Below, piece by piece: positions 59,943-64,000 of a stretch of 64,000 nucleotides of DNA; position 1 is the stretch's first letter; each line of letters opens with the position of its first letter. A model generated the notes under the pieces. That model made no database searches and was not told the DNA's origin. It saw nothing but the letters and a program-made list of their open reading frames with translations. The position numbers and the translations under genes were made by a program. This DNA comes from Myxococcota bacterium (GTDB taxonomy: Bacteria > Myxococcota > XYA12-FULL-58-9 > JABJBS01), in contig JAYZAY010000062.1 in the NCBI GenBank assembly GCA_036339465.1, forward strand, positions 1 to 64,000. The letters are read 5' to 3'.

Positions 59943-60368
59943 GCGACGATTTCTTCAAATCTCCAGCGTTCAGTCTCAAGCATGTAATGTTTTCGATTGA
60001 GACCTTTGTTATGGCGCGACTGAATCTTTTTACGAGGAACTGATTGCAGGAGCTGGCTGTGGCTTTAATTTGGTCGGTCGCAATGCTGAAGGGCAAAGAG
60101 GTGGTTTCAAGGGGGATGCTAAAGGTGTCATCAATGAAATTCCCGAAGGTCAGATTCAGGTAGGTGGGCGGGCGACGGAAACTTGGGCATGGTGCGGTTC
60201 TTAATCTATTGTTCGTCGATTGGGGAATTGGAGACTTTACCTGAGGCAAGAACATTTTGTCATACAATTTCGGATAGATGTTTCCTCCGGGTAGCTTGGA
60301 AGCTTTTCAAGGGAGTTTTCTGCGTTACGTTGGAGTCCGACTCGGATTATCGTAGACTCAATGTCAAT

Positions 60369-60899
60369 ATGTTGTGGGTTTTTGGATATGGGTCGTTGGT
60401 ATGGAGGCCGGATTTCCCTTATGTGAAGTCACGGCGCGGTTATGTTCAGCACTACAAAAGAGGTTTTTGGCAGGGCTCTCCAGACCACCGTGGTACACCG
60501 ACTAATCCTGGCCGCGTGGTGACACTCCTGGAGTGTCATGGAGCCAATTGTTGGGGGGTGGCCTATGGTGTGCGGTCGCAGGATGAGAGGCTCGTGTATG
60601 ATATTCTCGATGCTCGGGAGAGCGGTGGCTATGAGCGAGCGGAAGTTGAAGTGCATTTCCGAGACCATGGTGTGATTCCTGCTTTAACCTATATTGCTTC
60701 ACCGTCAAACCCCAATTTCCTAGGTGAGGCGTCGTGGGACGAACTTCTTTTGCAGGTGCGCCATGCGAAAGGTGAGAGTGGCAACAATTGGGAATATGTT
60801 TGTCGCCTGGCACAAGCGCTCGATGATTTGGGAATCGATGATGCCCATGTTCAGGATCTAGCGAAGGCATTGGTGGCAGGGGAGGAGATGAAAAAATGA
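60369..60899 (+). CDS. chaC: ChaC-like gamma-glutamylcyclotransferase
   Basis: WVFGYGSLVW, DHRGTP..PGRVVTL, LDARE, GESGNNWEY; start at ATG 60369. Confidence 0.9.
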   Translation: MLWVFGYGSLVWRPDFPYVKSRRGYVQHYKRGFWQGSPDHRGTPTNPGRVVTLLECHGANCWGVAYGVRSQDERLVYDILDARESGGYERAEVEVHFRDHGVIPALTYIASPSNPNFLGEASWDELLLQVRHAKGESGNNWEYVCRLAQALDDLGIDDAHVQDLAKALVAGEEMKK

Positions 60900-61342
60900 T
60901 AAGATGGGTGGCAATAAACTGTTGACCGTGGTTGTTGTTGGCTCGCCTAGGTCTCCACAGAGACTGATATCTCTTATTGGTAATGATCTTCAACCCAGGT
61001 GTCGGATTTTTCTTCGTTGGTGTTTTCGAAGGCACTTTTCCAAAGGGTATGAATAGGCGAACAATGTTGTGTGCTCACTGGGCGAGTATGCTGCCCTGTG
61101 GTCTTAGGCTTTTCTTGGCTTGAGTATATCGGTGTGTTTTGAAAGGGGGACTATCATTACGGATAGTGAAAGTCCCCGTCTGAGAAATGCTAGAATTTCG
61201 TGATTAAAACGGTGATTGGCGACGTCAATTTGGTGTGTGTGAAGGTGGTCTTTTGGGGGTTGAATTCTCCGTTTTTATTTCCGTGCAGGTGGTTTCGATT
61301 GAAGTATTGGGATTTTCCAGGCTCTCGTGCTTAACTCTAGGT

Positions 61343-61999
61343 ATGAATCGTTGGCTCTGTTTTTTCGTTGTAGGTTTGATTGTCATGCCTCAATGGGTTT
61401 TGGCCGGCTCAAGCAACAACAATTGCGTCACGACGTTGAGGTTCGAAACCAACGACTCCTTGGAACGGACGACTTTTGTTTGGAAGCATTTGCGTTTGGT
61501 TAGTAAAGAGTTTTGTAGGGCTCAGGTCAAAGATTCACGAGATTGGCAATCTCTTGAGGTTATTGCTGCCCACAGAAGCCCAATCACCGAAGCCAGGTAT
61601 ATTCTCAGCTGTCTTCGGTCTGAAAATAAGAAATACAAACAATGTAAGCACTATGAAAATCAAAAGGCAATATTAGTGCTTCGGAATATACTAGAAGATA
61701 ACCCCAAGGCCAACGATAAAACCATGATTAAACTGTTAGGTAATAAGATAGCGAGCCAGGTGAGGTCTGGATGTGTCGTTTCGAAACATCTCATTGGTCA
61801 TGCCGTTAATCTCAATATGAGTGATGGTTCGCCCGAGGAGGTGGCGCGTTTGAAAAACATTATTCTCAATTACCGCTACAAAGTGGGAAACAAGAGGAAC
61901 AAAATAATGTTAAAGGAAAAAGGAAAAGGGAGTTCCCGCTATTTTCATTTGAATTTTCCACCCTACGGTTACAATCTTTGGGTTTGTCCGGGGGGGTAG
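61343..61999 (+). CDS. Secreted hypothetical protein with degenerate M15/DD-peptidase-like motifs
   Basis: Signal peptide MNRW...VLA; HRSP, SKHLIGHAVN, YFHL. Confidence 0.6.
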   Translation: MNRWLCFFVVGLIVMPQWVLAGSSNNNCVTTLRFETNDSLERTTFVWKHLRLVSKEFCRAQVKDSRDWQSLEVIAAHRSPITEARYILSCLRSENKKYKQCKHYENQKAILVLRNILEDNPKANDKTMIKLLGNKIASQVRSGCVVSKHLIGHAVNLNMSDGSPEEVARLKNIILNYRYKVGNKRNKIMLKEKGKGSSRYFHLNFPPYGYNLWVCPGG

Positions 62000-62084
62000 C
62001 CTACCTAAGCTCTAATCTTTCTGAGCAGACATGAAGGTGGTGTTACGCGGTGCAGCTGAAGGGTAAAGCGGCTTTGAAATCGCC

Positions 62085-62525
62085 GTGGATATCTGCAGTT
62101 TGATATTTGGTTTTGGCTTTGCCACGGCTTTCGCGATTTCAACTTTTTCATCGATGAGGTAGGAGACCCGGACAATGCCGTCAAATTCTCGCCCATAAAA
62201 CTCTTGAGTTCCTATGCATCAAAGTTCTTCATGGTATTGATGGAAGGGGCACAACGCATGGTGAAGGGGGTGTCGTATTTCTCCACAAAAATCTTTTGCC
62301 ACCGGGGCGTATCTGCGCCCATGCCTGCCACGCCAATACCCTTGCCCATGAATTTCCCATGATGGTTGAAAACACCATCTCCTTCCTTGCTCTAGTCGGT
62401 CATGTTTGTTTTTGGGAAAATCACAAGAGGAATTGCCAAGCAGGAAAGTTGCCGATAGCCATGCTTTGGCCTTCGGCATCAGAAAGCTCAAAGCCAGGGG
62501 CGGGAGTGGCTGCTTTTAATCTATC
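62085..62525 (-). pseudogene. bcp: Bcp/PrxQ peroxiredoxin pseudogene
   Basis: Across two frameshifts: LKAATPAPGFELSDAEG / FPKTNMTD*SKE...GMGADT..WQKIFVEKYDTPF...A*ELKSFMG / EFDGIVRVSYLIDEK. Confidence 0.8.
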
Positions 62526-62638
62526 TCGCCTTTCAACAACCCCTGATTTAAGTGGGCTTAACAAAACTTTTTTGGGTCTCGTAGAGAGGATTTTGCCCAA
62601 GACATTCCTTTTTTTGAGCTCACGTCATATGGGGGCCC

Positions 62639-64000
62639 ATGGCATCTCTCCTTCAGTTACAAGAAGTGTTCCTCCGCTATGGTGAGCACCCTCTGCTCGA
62701 CCATATTTCGGTGGGGGTGAACGAGGGTGACAGAATTGCTCTTTTGGGCCGCAATGGTGAGGGCAAGTCCTCGTTGATGAAAATTATGAAGGGTGCGGTG
62801 AAGCCCGATGAGGGCGCTGTTCAGCACCATCCGGAGGTGGAAATCGACTGGCTCGGCCAGGAATTTGAGATCGTGAGCGAGGGCCAGACCGCCTTTGAGG
62901 TGGTGATAGGTCGCGCGGGCCGGATGGCCACGGGTCTCGCGCGGTACCAAGCGGTGATGGCGAAACTGGCCGCAGGTGGCGGTGTTGATGACGCGCTGCA
63001 TGACGAATTGGCGAGTCTTCAAGCACACCTGGACAATGCAGGTGCATGGACTTTGCCCGAACGCTGCAAGCAACTTTTGGTGGATTTGGATATTGAGCCC
63101 GATGGCCAGGTCCAAAATTTTTCGGGTGGGCAGAGGCGCCGGGTCGCACTGGCCGCGGCCATGGCCGGTGAGCCTGAGGTCCTCCTTTTAGATGAGCCGA
63201 CCAACCATCTAGACATCGATACAATTGAATGGTTGGAGCTCAGATTGAGTCGGTGGCGAGGCGCTGTTGTGCTGGTGACCCACGACCGAGCTTTCATGCG
63301 GAGGGTTTCTAGTGCAATTTGGGATTTAGATAGGGGGCGGCTAACGGCGTGGCCTGGGGACTATGATCGTTACCTCGAAGGGAAACAAAAATATCTTGAT
63401 GAGGAGGCTGAGAAGTGGGGCAAGGAGGATGACCGTCTGGCCAGGGAAGAACAGTGGCTGCGCAAGGGGGTTACTGCACGTCGCAGACGGAATCAAGGTC
63501 GACTTCGAGCATTGAAAGGGCTTCGTCAGGAGCGGACGGATCGCCGCAAGCGTTTGGGACAAGCTGATGTGGGTGTTCAGGGAGCACGACGATCGGGGCA
63601 TATTATTTTCGAATTGGAGAATGTCTCATTTGCCTACGAACAAGAACCCATCGTTACCAACTTATCTCTCTTGGTGGGAAGGGGTGAACGTTACGGAGTG
63701 GTGGGTCCCAATGGTGCAGGGAAAACCACCCTCTTAAAGTTAATGCTGGGCCAGCTAAAGCCACAAGATGGAGTGGTTGATGTGGGAACTCAATTGGATG
63801 TGGCCTACTTTGACCAGCTTCGGGACAAACTCTCACCCAACTTAACGCCGCGTCAATGGATTGCCGATGGTGGCGATTTTATGAGTATTGGCGAAGATCG
63901 AATGCACGTACTGGGGTATTTGGAGCAGTACTTATTTTCTCCACAACGCGCTCAAACGCCCATTCGGGTGCTGTCAGGCGGTGAGCGGAATAGGTTGTTG
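62639..64000 (+). CDS. uup: Uup-type ABC-F ATPase (3'-truncated by window; absent from ORF track)
   Basis: MASLLQLQEVFLRYG, GRNGEGKSS, LDEPTNHLD, EEQWLRKGVTARRRRNQGR, GPNGAGKTT, LSGGERNRLL. Confidence 0.92.
   Translation, partial: MASLLQLQEVFLRYGEHPLLDHISVGVNEGDRIALLGRNGEGKSSLMKIMKGAVKPDEGAVQHHPEVEIDWLGQEFEIVSEGQTAFEVVIGRAGRMATGLARYQAVMAKLAAGGGVDDALHDELASLQAHLDNAGAWTLPERCKQLLVDLDIEPDGQVQNFSGGQRRRVALAAAMAGEPEVLLLDEPTNHLDIDTIEWLELRLSRWRGAVVLVTHDRAFMRRVSSAIWDLDRGRLTAWPGDYDRYLEGKQKYLDEEAEKWGKEDDRLAREEQWLRKGVTARRRRNQGRLRALKGLRQERTDRRKRLGQADVGVQGARRSGHIIFELENVSFAYEQEPIVTNLSLLVGRGERYGVVGPNGAGKTTLLKLMLGQLKPQDGVVDVGTQLDVAYFDQLRDKLSPNLTPRQWIADGGDFMSIGEDRMHVLGYLEQYLFSPQRAQTPIRVLSGGERNRLL

Noticed and set aside
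59945..61200. ORF 59890..60267 and a stop-interrupted hydrophobic frame starting at 60896
   Set aside because: Possibly decayed genes, but no family could be recognised

Overview
Bacterial chromosomal segment; gene content suggests a Myxococcota/deltaproteobacterium (inference only). No rRNA, tRNA, CRISPR array or mobile element was recognised. In order: partial D-cysteine desulfhydrase-like gene, GST, acyl-CoA dehydrogenase; a six-gene TonB/ExbBD energising operon divergent from a putatively Fur-regulated iron-uptake region (three Fur-like boxes, remnants of a di-heme DUF1111 gene and an imelysin gene, then an intact DUF4856-like lipoprotein, imelysin, vitamin K-dependent carboxylase-like HTTM protein and TonB-dependent receptor); an ArsC-family selenoprotein (in-frame UGA, truncated in the ORF track); an M16 peptidase pair; DUF2760 plus two atypical Hsp70s; a fused aconitase-family enzyme; TraB; a peptide ABC transporter; a GAPDH paralogue lacking the catalytic Cys coupled to an intact GAPDH; a TrmB pseudogene; pyk; type II thioesterase; ABC-F; mtnB-mtnD-mtnC; YhhN; an HDAC-family deacylase; a Grx4-HesB-rhodanese fusion; a bacterial histone with a lysine-rich N-terminal tail; a Rieske oxygenase; a GT2/phosphorylase-like/SplB-like radical SAM/SDR operon; M48, phosphoesterase, DMT, acyl-CoA dehydrogenase, ChaC, a degenerate M15-like secreted protein, a Bcp pseudogene and partial uup. 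Top leads: the tailed histone near an HDAC, the pseudo-GAPDH/GAPDH pair, the carboxylase homologue in the iron operon, the selenoprotein and the SplB-like operon. All family assignments come from motif recognition by eye, not database searches.
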